From assembly GCF_001194135.2 (NCBI RefSeq), contig NC_068983.1:104279758-104343757 (forward strand): a DNA stretch of 64,000 nucleotides, in the 5' to 3' direction. The notes under the pieces were generated by a model that was not told the DNA's origin, made no database searches, and saw only the letters and a program-made list of their open reading frames with translations. Shown piece by piece: positions 12,803-26,600 of this stretch (the stretch's first letter is position 1; every line of letters starts with the position of its first letter). The translations under genes and the position numbers were made by a program. The DNA is from Octopus bimaculoides (taxonomy: Eukaryota).

Positions 12803-13420
12803 AAAATTATTATATATATATATATATATATACATACATACATATACATACATATAAATTCACAAGTGCAAGAAAAAAAGGAAAAGAAGAGGGAAGAAAT
12901 GTGTGATATTCTATTTTATTTTTATGTTTATTCAAAGATATGCAAAAAAACCTTCAACTTTTTTGTAAGCTGTCACACTTCTGTCAAACTTCACAAAATT
13001 TTATCCATGACTTTGCCAACTGACTTTTAATTTATAATTTTAAATACATGTCCAGAAAAAATTTATTGTTATTGTTTGTGTATTTCTGAAGATATTGCAA
13101 GCTCTACTTATTCAATTTTTTTCATATAATTTTCTTCCTATAATATTGGATGCTTTGTGTGGCTTACTTTATAATATTTGCTGTTTTGTACTTTATAGAA
13201 TATGTATAATTGATCCTAAAAAAGCTACACCTCACTGAATGATATCACCTAAAAAAGATGTACTTTAACTTAATTTATTTACAATTTAATATTCTATTTT
13301 AATTTATTTTATTCAATTATTATTTTCATTAATGGACGCGTGATTTCATTTTTCAATACTATCATTCACTTACTTGTATATATTCAACACATTGTTTTTT
13401 TCCTATGAGTTTATCTATAT

Positions 13421-13505
13421 ACGAGGGGAAGTAAAAAGTTATCCACACTTTCGCTATAACATATCCCTGTCACTGTCACACCGCCCTCTGCGCATGTGCG
13501 CCTAT
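13421..13505 (+). mobile_element. Mariner-like terminal fragment
   Basis: TACGAGGGGAAGTAAAAAGTTATCC resembles a mariner TIR start. Confidence 0.45.
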
Positions 13506-13545
13506 AGTATATATGTATATAAATATATATACATGTGTGTGTGTA

Positions 13546-13580
<35 letters not shown>

Positions 13581-13790
13581 TTATAGAGTTTGCTTCCCAA
13601 CCACATGGTTCAGGATTCAGTCCCACTACATGATACCTTCAACAAGTGTCTTCTACTATAGTCCCTGGATGGCTGAAGCTTTACAGCACACACACACAAA
13701 TGCATATAAAAAGGAAAACTATAATTGTCACTAAATATGACTAGGGTGTTAGAACACAAGTCTTGTATATATATATATATATATATATTA

Positions 13791-14304
13791 CATGGAAAAA
13801 TGCGAGCATGAAAAGTAATATTCTTAAGATTATAAACCTGGGAAAGTACAGGACAAGTTATTACACCTGTAAAAGTATAGGACAAGCTATTACTTCTAGT
13901 AAAGTAAAGAATAAGAAACTTTTTACTTAAAATATTGCAGCAAAGAATGCCAGTTTTTCAAATTTATCACTCTTTAGAGTTCTCATATTTTAAATTTATT
14001 GTACAAAACTGTTCAGCTAATTTGTAAGTTTGTCTAATTAGTCATTTTTTTCTGTATTTAAGGTAGTAAATTAGCTAAATTCTAATTAAATAAGTATAAT
14101 GTTATTTGTAAACTATAATAAATTAATTTTTAATATTCAAATTTTTAATTTTAGCTGCAATATTTTAAGTAAAAAGTTTCTTATTCTTTACTTTACTAGA
14201 AGCAATAGCTTGTCCTATACTTTTACAAATGTAATAACTTGTCCTGTACTTTACCAGGTTTATAATCTTAAGAATATTACTTTTTAAGCTCGCACTTTTC
14301 CATG
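13791..14304. mobile_element. MITE, about 151-bp TIRs, TA TSD (Tc1/mariner-like)
   Basis: TA|CATGGAAAA...TTTTCCATG|TA; arms 13791-13941 and 14154-14304. Confidence 0.85.
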
Positions 14305-15148
14305 TAATCCATAATTTTTCCAGGCATTGCTGTTATAAGATAATTAATAATGTGTCAATTAATCATTTAAGATTTTACCTTATAAAATACTGAAAGATAA
14401 TATTAAAATTTTTCCATGTAAGTGATGATAATATTTCAATTTTTTTCATGTTTAATTTAAATGTATGTTGTGATTTAATTATTTGATATTACCCATCCAC
14501 ACCAAATTAATGGCAGAGATTTTTACCTGTTGTTGGTTGCACCATGGCTCACCAAAAGTTACAAACAACAAGACCCCAAAACCATCAGTTACCAGGCTCA
14601 CCTTAAGTAACCTAATTTGCAATAAAAATGACTATAATATATAAATGTTTCTGTCAGCTTGTTGCCTTAGAAAGTGAACATTGATTTTAGAAATATATTC
14701 TTTATTCTTATAGCTGAAGCATTACTCCCTTACTCACTGACAGGAAATTTTATAACATTTTACCTCATGACTCTTTTTCAACTAAATTTTGTTCAATGTG
14801 ACTAGGGATTCTGAATTCCTCATACATTTTTCTATCATTTAAGCCTAAGAAAGGTATACTTTTAATCTAAAATTAAAAAGTTTATGTTAATTGAAGGTGA
14901 ATAGGTGCCTTACTGCCCCACTTCTGATCACAAATATTTTGATGTAACTTTTTTTCTACTGAACCAAATCTCAAACTATTTATGCCAAAGTGTCACTTTA
15001 AAACTGTTAACAGTTTGCAATTTAGTTGAGAACTGAATTAGTGGTGAAGCTTGGAAGCTACTGCAATTGACGAAATGGTGGACTTAAGAATATATTCAAC
15101 CACTACTGTGGTTGAATGATACATATGATAAGCTTCTCTCAGTTTCTG

Positions 15149-15228
<80 letters not shown>

Positions 15229-17379
15229 ACACATATACTCATACATACATATATAACAATATGAATATTTATATTTTTTGTGGTGGATGTTAATATTCCT
15301 ACAAGATGTTGTGGGTGAGGTTGGATTTTACCTAGAAATTTATATATACTAGATATTTATTTTCCTAATTATTTGAATTATTTTCATACCCTACTGTCAT
15401 ATTTGTGTGTGTCTGTGTATAACTATTAAAATTTCATTCTTATTTTCCAGACCTACATTAAGTTCAATATTTCATTACATTACAAATTAAACATTTACAA
15501 AGAAAATATTGGCCAATCACGTATCTGTGAGTTCAAATTGTAAGGACAAAACAATATTTTTGTTCTTTTTTTTTTTTTCTAGTGGACTTTTTTGAAGATA
15601 TAAATTACTCAAGGTTCAAGCAGGCGACATGGTATAGACAGTATTTGAAAACAGGATGCAGAATGGTGGAACTAGAGGATGTGGAATGGTGTCAGCTGTT
15701 TTCTATTTAAAAAGTAGAAAGGAAATAGGGATATAATGTAACATTTGAGAACCACTTCCCCAGTTGGACATTTGGATAGCAAATAATCTTTGTTTCAAAT
15801 TTGACGTTGCTATTATCTTCATTTTTGCCGTCATCATCATTACATTTTTTTTTTTCTCATGCTTGTGTTATTTAGACAGAACTAACTGCCAACTCATATT
15901 TGTTTCATAACTAGACTGATACTTTGATATTCTATGCACCAGAGTGTCTATAAGTGAGGTGAATCTTTTACAGCTGATATTATTTCAGTTATTTTTTTAT
16001 TTACTTATTGTTAATGTTGAGTACAATGAGCGTTTTTAAGCATAGTCGTTTTTGTTTGTTTTGTTTTCTATCATGTTCCAAGTTTCAGTCATTAGACTGT
16101 AGCCAAGTCAAAGCATTGTTTTCAAGGATTTAGAGAATCATATCACCCCTAGTACTTATTTAATTCTCATTCTTATTTTATAGATTATTAACTTATCACT
16201 AAGTTATGTGCTGATATAAAGAGACCTAAATCATCTCTCTCTCTCTCTCTTTCACACACACACACACACACCAGCAGACATACACACTAACATGTACCTA
16301 ATCTTTATCTATGATGGACGTCTGCACAGATTCCATTTTCCAAATTCCATGCAAAAAGTATTCACCAAATTGAGACTGCAATAGCAGTCATCTGTAGAAG
16401 GTACCACACAGCACAGCAGAACCAACCTGGTATCTCTTAGCTACAAAATAAACTTCTTAACCACACAGCTATGCCTTCATCTATATCCAACTTTCTGGCA
16501 TGGATTGGATCTTTCATCAAATTTTATAATTACTGGAATTGTTGGAGGAATACTTTACAGTGGGACAGCCTTCCTAACATCAGCCAGTCTGCATGTAAGA
16601 GAGCAAATAATATTTATTGATTGATAGATTGACTGAGTCAGATACAGTAATTTACTTTGAATATATATTTGTAACCAGTAGCCTGAAATCTTGACTATTC
16701 TGTATAGTTTTATATCATACATCATATTCTATGTCTAATAAATATTTGCATTAGACACAAGTATGTGCCTTACATATGTACTACATACAAAAGTCCTACT
16801 AAAACTCTCTGTACAGTCTACAATATATTTGGAAACATTCATTTATCAGTAAACTAAGAATGATGGGAAAAGGAGATAAATGTTCTGTAGCTTGAGTGCA
16901 TAATTAAAACACAATTTCCTATAAAATACTTCTGAGTGTCTCTACTTTATGCCTGCAGTGGGGGGAAAGAGGAAGTATGAAGAAAGTATAAGACTGAGAG
17001 CCAGCTTTTCTCCTTTCCAACAAAACAGTAGCTTTGATGAAAATTTATAAAATTGTAAAACAATATTCCAGAATTTTGCTCTCACTGAGACTAAGTAAGA
17101 GATATGGAAACGCTACTATGAGAAGCTACTGAATGTGGAGAATGCATGGGGTGGGGGCAGTGTTTACTTATGCAGACTCAACAGAAGAACTGGCCATCCA
17201 AGTTGACAACAATACTGTAAATGGAAGAATAAGGCCAAATGAAAGTACGGAAAGCAGCTGGACCATCAGAGATAATTGCCAACAAGCTTAAAATATCCTG
17301 TGAATATGGTATAGGATAACTACTTAAGGAGTTAATACACGAAGGTGTCAGCTTCAATGAAAAGCATTGCACTGTCATC

Positions 17380-18950
17380 AAAAACTGCAACAAGAGCAAA
17401 AGAGATGCACTAGAGAGAAGAGAGAAGAAACAACAGAGGCATCGAATTATTAGACCAGCTTATGAAAGCTATTCTGAGGATAATTGCAAAACTTAGGCAC
17501 AGTATTAGCCTAAATGAGATTTGGTCCAGCTTTGTCTCAAGAAGAGGCACCATAGAGGCCATTTTCTTTGTGATTCAACCACAAGAGAAATACATGACTA
17601 GGAATAAGCACCTATTCCAAGTGTTTGTTGATCTGGAGAAGACCTTTGACAGGGTCCCTTGCACTGTGATTTAGTGGTCCTTAAGGAAACTAGAAATATA
17701 TGAAGGGTTTGAGAAGGTCATACAATCTATGTATGAAAGGGCATACAGCAATGTGAGAAACAGCAAGAAGTAATAAATTTAGTGAGCAGGACATATTAAT
17801 TCTGTCTCCATTTTATTTATTATATTCCTTAAATTCATAGTAGGGGAACTTAAGACTGGCTCTTCAGTGTTTTGATGGCATAGCTCTTATAACAGAATCA
17901 GTACAAGAATTGAAATTCCAGATATATAAACAAAAATCTGGAACTGAAGACTCTTAAAATAAACTTTGTAAAATCAAAAATTTTAGCAAGAAGTTTTAGC
18001 AGTAAGTGCTAAGAGTGCTCAGGAAATCAATTCCCTTAATTGCCCAGATAGCTTCCAAGAAGTAGTTGACAGTTTTTGCTTTTAGGTGACCCAGTTAACA
18101 GTGGGGATGGATGTTCCAAACGTTTGGTAGTTAGAATGTGTTGGAGAAAGTTCAGGGGGCTTTTGTCTCTACTGGCAATAAAGGGCTTATCCCTCATGAT
18201 CAAGAGCAGATTGTATGATGCTCGTGTGTAAAGTATGTTGTTGCATGACAGCAGTATGTAGGCCTTGATTGCAGAAGATATGCAAAGGCTAGCAAGAAAT
18301 GAAGCAAGCATGCTTTACTGGATAAACCTTGTTAGAATCCATGAATGACAAAGTATAAATGTATGAAGAGATAGCTGAGTTGAAGAGAAATCAGATGTAG
18401 CATGCAAAACAGGAGACTGTGCTGGCATGGGCATGTGATGCAAATGAAAAATGATGCTATAGGAAAGTGGTTATACACCATTAGGTGTACACCCGCTTTC
18501 CTATATTAAATTCTAAATAATAACGGAACGCAGAACTCTGAACTATCAACACAACAATATTTATTTACCGAGGAAATAGGCTTGGTTGCTGAGACGTTGG
18601 AATGTTGTTGTGAGCTGTCCCCAGAGTTGGAATGCTGGAGAGACAGCTTGACCCGTCCATGCTCATGGCCGGCCGACCGAGAAAGAGAATGAAAAGAGCG
18701 GGAACGTTTAGATGTTGAATTCCACGCATGCGCATGGGACTCTTCCTGTGTTCATTCCGGAACACAGTAATGGCGACTGTATTTTGACGCCAAATGACGT
18801 CACTACAATGCAAATGAAGAATTGCTTTAGCAAATGTTGAACACTCAAAGTGAACGGTATGTTTGGAAGAGGGAGACTGAGGAAGTCTTGGGATGAGATA
18901 GTAAGAGTGATCTCAAAATGTTAAATCTAATGAAGATGACAGAAGACCAT
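17380..18950 (+). mobile_element. Degraded RTE-clade LINE (RT and C-terminal region)
   Basis: RRGTIEAIF...QEKY...VFVDLEKTFDRVP; later W..F...PLL and GHVM motifs; many stops and frameshifts. Confidence 0.85.
18453..18807 (-). mobile_element. About 355-bp LTR-like insertion inside the RTE fragment
   Basis: Minus strand begins TGTAGTGACGTC, has AATAAA, ends in a 22-bp hairpin; flanked by a 15-bp duplication ATGCAAATGAARAAT. Confidence 0.55.
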
Positions 18951-21089
18951 GTCGACTGGTGATATGCAGTGCTGTGGAAGGCCCAACTGCCCAAGCAAGC
19001 TTCATGCACATTCTTTACTAAATTGCTTTGTGCACATATCCCCACTATCTATTGCCCTTTCTATATCTTCCTACTATCTATTCTCTTAAGTGCTGTGCCT
19101 ATTATGTACCCTCTTGTCTCTTCTATTTACCATGTCATGCCATCAATAACTGAGAGAAAAGTATTCAATTTGTACATATTGAATATTTCCCTTCCTCTTA
19201 CTTCCTGCTACCCTCCTACCTCTTTCTTCCTGAAACATAACACTTGAGTGGGAAGGGATTGCACTCTGGCAACATTTACCCACCCTCCCTGACTCTCTTG
19301 AGACCACGTTCTCTTGAATACATTACCATGAAGATATGCCCTGGCTTCTTATCATCTTATCTCTCTCCATGCACCTCTCTACCCATCTATGTATAATGTG
19401 GGAGGTAGCACTGAATCTCCTCCTACTCAACCCTCTTCCTCTTCGCCACCCTTACCACTGATCTCTCTCACTAATTTCTTAACACTACTTTTACTTTTCC
19501 ATAATCCTGTTACCCACTTCCATCTTATATTTCCTTCATTCACCACTCATGTGTGATGTAAAGTAGCACATTATACACTGGCGGATAAATTGATACCTAC
19601 TCTGCCTACCCAACTATCACTAAAACTCATTCACACTACATTTCTATTTACCTCCCTTTACTTCTTTCCCTAACACTGTTTATATTAGTCTCTCTGCTAC
19701 CACCATCTCCCAACAACAAGCCTGTATAATTCCTGTAAGAACAGTCCAATGAACATTCCCACCCATACTGACATAGCTAAAGGACCAATCCACTCCATCA
19801 CTAGGTCCATCTATACAACCCACCCCATTACCATTATGTCCCTACTTCTCCTTCACACTAATCACTAACATTATTCTTCCCCTTTCCTTGTCTCAGTTAC
19901 TTTCACCCCAACACTATTCCCTCTGTATTCACCAATACTTTTATCATCATCCACAATAAATCTATTCTATCCTTTACAAGGGGAGCCCTATTTCACTTTG
20001 TAAGCTGCAAGGCAACACCCAGCAGTGCTGGTGTTACAAAAAACACCCAATATTTTCTGTGATTGGTAATTGATTCAAACTGATAACACAGGGCTTGAGA
20101 GGGTTTCTTAGTCTTGCTAACAGCAAGGTGACCACTATAGTTCAGGTGCCATGAAAAAACTGCATCCTGTACACTCTGTAAAGGGGTTAGTTCTAGTAAG
20201 GACATGAAGCTGTAATAACCACAACCAAAACGTGAGACACTGTATCCTGTTGAGCCATCTACTCATACCCACATGAAAAACAGCAAAGATGGGCACTGTT
20301 AATTGAAAAGTTAACTTCAATAACCATGAATCAGTTAATTCTTTAAAAATGTAACATAAGTTATTGGTAAACCGTTAACATTAATTTTTATTCTAGAAAA
20401 AACAAAAAATCAGTTTTTGCTTTCAAACCACCTAAAAACACATTTAAAAAGTGCCAACTGAAGTTGACTCGGAGTTAATGGAAGTTAATTAATCCAATAG
20501 ATTTCCAAAGTTAACTTAAAAGTTAAATCGTTGACAAAAATGTTAACCTCATTAATTAATGATTAAGTTTGGAAAACACACAAAATCATTATCATTTAAT
20601 GTCCGTTCTCAAGGCCAGGGTCTGTACCAAATTCCATAGTCTGTTTTGGCTTGGTTCTTACAGCTGGATACCCTTCCTAACACTCTAGAGTGTACTGGGT
20701 GCTTTTTACATGGCTCCAGCACCCACAAGGTCAGCATGAATTTTATCAGATATGTATCAATTAATCATGGTTTTACTCTTTATTTATTCACATTGGCAAA
20801 TGGTATAGCAATGGTCTTGTTAAAGTAGCGCACCTTGTATAAAAACAGTTTATATCCAAAATAGAAAAAAATGCTGCTAAAATATTGAGAACGAATAGAT
20901 GTTATTACTTGAATTTTTGCTATTCTGCATGCACCTCATAAAAAATATTCCTAACATTAAGAGGTATTAATTCAAAGACAAGGGAAAAGATTTATAATTT
21001 GATTATTCATTAGGGTCAGAGATGTGTTACAAATTTATTAACTAGGTGTTGGACAAGTGACTGAGTTCCTTTCATGTGCTGGGCCTAAC

Positions 21090-21380
21090 GGAAGCAATGA
21101 CCAAGACCTTTGGCATTATGTCATGCTTGAGAAAAAAACCCACCAAGCCAAACAAAATCGCAGTCATGGTAGATACTGATGTCACGCAAACTGGCACCCG
21201 TGCTGGTGGCACGTAAAAGCACCCTGGTGTCACGCAAACGTCCATAACCCAGTTAATAAATTTGTATTAATCTCGGATGCCAAATCATACTGAAGTCTAG
21301 TGCAGCCTTCCAGCGAGCCAGCCCAGTCAAACCATCCAACCCATGCCAGCATGCACAATGGACATTAAATGATGATAATG
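21090..21380 (+). mobile_element. RTE 3'-end copy (diverged)
   Basis: GACCAAGACCTTTGG...CCCATGCCAGCATG...TGATGATAATGA. Confidence 0.7.
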
Positions 21381-22528
21381 ACACACACACACAAGCCTAA
21401 CTAAAAAATATAAACAATTCGTATATTTTTTAAAATCTAATAATTTCTTTAAAAATTGAAAGATTTGTTAGCTCTTGTTTTTTGGTGTACGTTTTATCAG
21501 AGATACAGGGTAATATTCAAGGGGAGCAACTAGTATGACATTTCATAGTTACCTTCCTTGACTTACACTGCATTAATTCGCCGATGAATTAGTATTTTCC
21601 TTTCAAAGATACATCACATATCTGCTCACATAACAAGTTTTGCTTATTTTACCATCGTATTATATATTTATTAAATATCAATGTCTTTCATCGTATATCT
21701 TCGCCCTTGTCACTTCTGTTTCAAACAAACAAAACTCGAAAATTAAAAAAATTCTTTCAGCAATTTTTTTTAATGCAATATAATTTTTTAAGTTATAACC
21801 ACTTCTCAGGAAATTTTAAAGTAAAAAGATAGAATTTCAATATTAATTAGTTTTAAAAGCTTTATTTTTACAAGAAATTGTAAAGGGAAGATTGATATCT
21901 GCCTTTATTTAAAAATTGTTAAAGCAAGTATTTTTACAACCTTTTCTGTCTGTGCTCAGTAATGTACCTTACTTATAGGTACAAAATGACTGAAGTTTAA
22001 AACAGTAACTCAAGACTTCAATTACACTGTAACTGTTAATGTTTTGATAAAATGTTTGCATCTTTAAGTGTGAAATGGAAATTCAGTAATGTCAGTCACA
22101 GCATTACAAAAGAAAAATAGGTGATAAAAATTACTGCTTAAATAATTCAACAAAGGGAGATCTGAAGTGATGTAAAATATTTTAACATAGCTTGTATTTA
22201 TCAATCAATGTCATCAATGTTGATAAAAAATATTAATGATATACATTGAGTATATTGTATAAAGCAAGCTTTAACAAATAACCTGAATATTTTGAAGGAA
22301 ATTAATTTCTTAAATATAGTTTAACCATTTTTTCATAGGAAGAATTATATTAAATTAGCTTCAATAAAAAAGATTCAGAGCTTTATTATCTCTCATGATT
22401 TAAAGATTTAAAATATGAACTACATTGTCTTTATCAAGCAGAATGTATTTTTCAATGGGGAAAACGGTGTTGTGACTATTTTAATCCAAATATATTACTG
22501 GTTCTTGCATTATTATTATCAGTAGAAG

Positions 22529-22745
22529 TAAGGCAGTGAGCTGGTAGAATTGTTAGCACATGGAGCAAAATGCTTAGCAGCATTTTGTCCACCTTTACAT
22601 TCAGAGTTCAAATCCTGCCAAAGTCGACTTCACCTTTCATCCTTTCTGAGTCAATAAAACAAATACCAGTTGAGGACTTAGGTTGATATAATCAACTATC
22701 CCCTCCTCTGAAATTGATGGCTTTGAGCCAAAACTTGAAACTATT
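22529..22745 (+). mobile_element. tRNA-derived SINE, family C
   Basis: GGCAGTGAGCTGGTAGAA head; perfect B box GTTCAAATCC at 22606-22615. Confidence 0.85.
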
Positions 22746-23220
22746 ATTATCAGTAGAGGTGATTAAAGAAAACCAAACATCATCATTTTAACATCCACTT
22801 TTCCATGCTTGCATGGGTCAGAGTAAGTTGAGTGACAATTTCAACAACCAGATACCATTCAGCATTAACAGCTAAAGATCCAACTGTGCCTTTTGTGATT
22901 TTATCATTTGGTCTGATTTAATATTTTGATGATACTGCATATCAATTAAAAATCACCAAACCATCCAAATGGTAGAAACAGACTTTAGTTAACACCATTA
23001 CTAATTACTACTTCAATTTTTGCTGCATTCACATCATTTCACTCAAGCCCAGTTTTCCAAGTCCTTATTACCTTGAATTTTTTAAGTAGTGCAGCCCACC
23101 TGATATCTCATTCAAATTGCTTCTCAAAAATGGTCACCCATACCTAGTGTAAATTAAAGCCATCATGTATAATAAGGTTTTGATGATATAGATGTGAATT
23201 TTAAAATTCATCAATATGTA

Positions 23221-23582
23221 GGTGCAGGTGTGGTTATGTGGTAAGAAGCTTGCTTCCCATCAATATGGTCCTAAGTTCAGTCCCACTGCGTGGTATCTTG
23301 AGTAGATGTCTTCTATAGTGTTGAACTGATCAAAGCCTTGAGTGGATTTGGTAGATGGAAACTGAAAGAAGTCCATTGTATGTGTGTGTGTCTTTGTGTC
23401 TGTGTTTGTCCCCTACCACTGCTTGACAACCAGTAACTTAGTGGTTCAGCAAAATAGATTGATAGAATAAATACCAGGCTTTAAAAAAATGTAAGTACTG
23501 GGGTCGAAATTCATTCAACTAAGAAAATTCTTCAAGGCAGTGTCCCAGCATGACCACAGTCTTATGACTGATGAAGAGTAAA
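23221..23582 (+). mobile_element. tRNA-derived SINE, family B
   Basis: GTGGTAAGAAGCTTGCTTCCC...GAAACTGAAAGAAG...GTAAAAGA tail. Confidence 0.85.
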
Positions 23583-23655
23583 AGATTTCAATTACTCATC
23601 ATTCCTTCTTTTAAAACATAACAAACAACTTTTTAGAATTATAGCTTTAATACAA

Positions 23656-23699
23656 TTAAGTTTTCTTTCGCTGAGCACAGATGATTTCACGGGAGAGCC
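23656..23699 (-). CDS. METTL18: METTL18 terminal coding exon 9
   Basis: ttttcag|GG CTC TCC CGT GAA ATC ATC...TAA; GLSREIICAQRKKT*, similar to human GLKRFIIEI as recalled. Confidence 0.85.
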
Positions 23700-26600
23700 C
23701 TGAAAACAAAAGAATTCAATATGAAACATTTAAAGAGATTTAGCTGATCAGATTGAACCTTTAATAATAATAATGAAATTATTGTATACAGTGCTCAGGT
23801 GCACTACAACTTATCAAAAGTGCGCATAAAGCATATGCAGTATTGTACAAATGTCTGGAAAATGAACAGTGTGTAAGTCAGATACATGCTTGCGTGTGTA
23901 TGGAGGGGAGAAAATCAGGTGTAGTGTTGGCGAATCTCAGGAAGCATGGAAGTTTTGAAGGATGCAGTGCTCCGACAACTAACAACTGATGCCGGCAGTT
24001 TGTTCCAAACTTCAGCAACTCTTAGCATGAAAAAGTGTTTCCAAAAGTCATGGGAGCTGTGCTGTTTTCTGACTTTGTAAACATGTCCACGAGTGTTAGA
24101 CAGGTGGAATTTGAAAAGGTGCTCAGAGTTATTGTTACTAAGATGGTTAATAATTTTATGGGCGTCTGCCAAGTCAGCTGCCAGACGTCGGAGTTTCAAT
24201 GTACCCATACCCAGGGAAGTAAGGCGTTCAGAATATGGCAAATGCCTGATGGAGGGTATTCTCTTGGTTGCACGTTGCTCAACGGTTTCCAGACGATTAA
24301 TATCCTGGGCAAGATAGGGGTTCCAGACCGGAGACGCAAATTCCAGGTGAGGCCACACCACAGCTATATAAAGACTCAGATAGATAGCCAGAGAGCGGCT
24401 CACAAAGGACTTGGTAAGTGATGCCAAGACACCCTCAGCCTTCTTGGCAATTTTAGCAATGTGTTTTGTCCAATGCAAATTGCTGTCAACAATAATGCCC
24501 AGGTCACGTTCGCAAGAAGACTTTTTGAGATTAGTGTTGTGGAGGGAGTAAGTAGACACTGGGTTTTTCCTCCCAATTGAACCACAAAACCTTCACGAAA
24601 GAAAGGGATAACTTTTAAAATGGCAACTAAGGTCCAATAATAACAATGCAATCCTGAAGTAAAAGAGTTGGTATTTAAAAAAAAATTGCATATTTATATG
24701 ACCAAATAAATAAGATAGTAAAGGCCAGAGGAAGAGAAGGTTTTGGGCAAAAATTTCCATTTGGTATTTTGTTTCCCTAACATTTATCTTTGAGCTACTG
24801 CTCAAGCAATGCAAATAGCAGGGTGAATAAAGGTTCATTAAAAGTTCTGCCCAATACTGATTTTGCTAAATATTTTAAGTAAATATTGACTAGTTAGTGC
24901 AATATATCAAATGATTTGAATCAAGAACAATAGGATTTAGCTATGAATAAAACAACATTTAAACATAAGATACTGATTTCAAATTTTAACACAAGGCCAG
25001 CAATTTGGGGGGGGATAGGGTAAGTCAATTACATCAACCCTAAAGTTCAACTGGTACTTATTTTACCAACCCCAAAACGATGAAAAACAGTCTACCTTGA
25101 AAGAATTTGAATGTAGAATGTGAAGATAAATGAAATGCTGCTAAGCATTTTGTCCAGCATGCTAATGATTTTGCCAGCTTGCCACCCTAATTAAACATAA
25201 GATACTATTTTCAAAGTTCAGAAAGCTCCTACCTCTACTGGTGACAAAGGGCCTCTTGCTCAGAGTGAAAGGTAGATTGTATGATGCATGTGTGTGAACT
25301 GCCATGCTACATGGCAGTGAAACATGGGCCATGACTGTTGAAGACATGTGTAGGCTTGAAAGAAATGAAGCTAGTATGATCTGCTGGATGTGTAATGTCA
25401 GTGTGCACACACTACAGAGTGTAAGCACCCTGAGAGAAATGTTGGACATAAGAAGCATCAGATGTGGTGTGCAAGAGAGACGACTGCACTGGTATGGTCA
25501 TGTGCTGCATATGGATGAGGAGAGCTGTGTGAAGAAATGTCACTCTCTAACAGTGGAAGACATGGGAAGAGGTGGTGAAGCATGACCTTCGAACATTGGG
25601 CTGCACAGAGGCAATAACGAAAGATCGAGACCTCTGGAGATATATGCTGTAATTGAGAAGACACAGAAAGTAAAGGGAGATCATAGCTGTAGCCTACACC
25701 AGTGTCGCATAACCAGCCCATTTAAAAAGTATCTTTGAATCGTCAGGTGACATTCTGTGCTTCAAATCAAATCACAATCAAATGGAATTGTAGTTGTGGC
25801 CGATGCCAATGCTGTCTGACTGGCTCACGTGCTGGTGGCACATAATAAGCACCATGCATGCATGGGTCATTGCCAGTGCCATCTGACTGGTTCCCCGTGC
25901 CAGTGGCACGTAAAAAGCACCTTCTCAACATGGTCGATGCCAGCCTCCCCGCCCTGACTGGCTCCTGTGCCGGTAGCACGTAAAAAGCACCATCCAAACG
26001 TGGCCGATGCCAGTGCTGCCTGACTGGCTCCCATACTGGTGACACATAAAAAGCACCCACTACACTCTCAGAGTGGTTGGCGTTAGGAAGGGCATCCAGC
26101 TGTAGAAACACTGCCAGATCAGATTGGAGCCTGGTGCAGCCTCCTGGCTTGCCAGTCCCCAGTTAAACTGTCCAACCCATGCCAGCATGGAAAACAGACG
26201 TTAAACGATGATGATGATGATGATAGTTTCTGAGTTCTTATATTATTTATTGAGAAATGTCAGAAACTCTTCCTGCAACAGTCATTGATTTGTACATCTG
26301 GTATCCAATGTTTGTTATGTAACCTCAGTCATTTCTGTCTGAGCAAACCTACATGTTTTAAGAACTAAATATTAGGTCAGTATTTCTACACAAATATTAG
26401 GTCAGTATTTCTACACAAAGCCAAACAATGAAGTTTGTTTTAAATGAAATTTTTAATGAAAATTACATAGTCATACATTTATGTATTTGTTTTGCAAAAT
26501 TCTTGATAATTGTGTTGAAACAGATATTGTTGCACTTGGAGATGGTCTTTTTTTTTTTGCTGATTAAGCACATGCACTATTTAAAAATAATATGAATAAA

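Noticed and set aside
12467-13030. 187-aa ORF and similar ORFs at 9664-9952
   Set aside because: They span N gaps and microsatellites; artefacts.
20300-20570. Cluster of GTTAAC/GTTAAT motifs resembling a transposon subterminal region
   Set aside because: No termini or TSD could be defined.
26367-26416. Exact 25-bp tandem duplication
   Set aside because: Ordinary slippage event in an intron.
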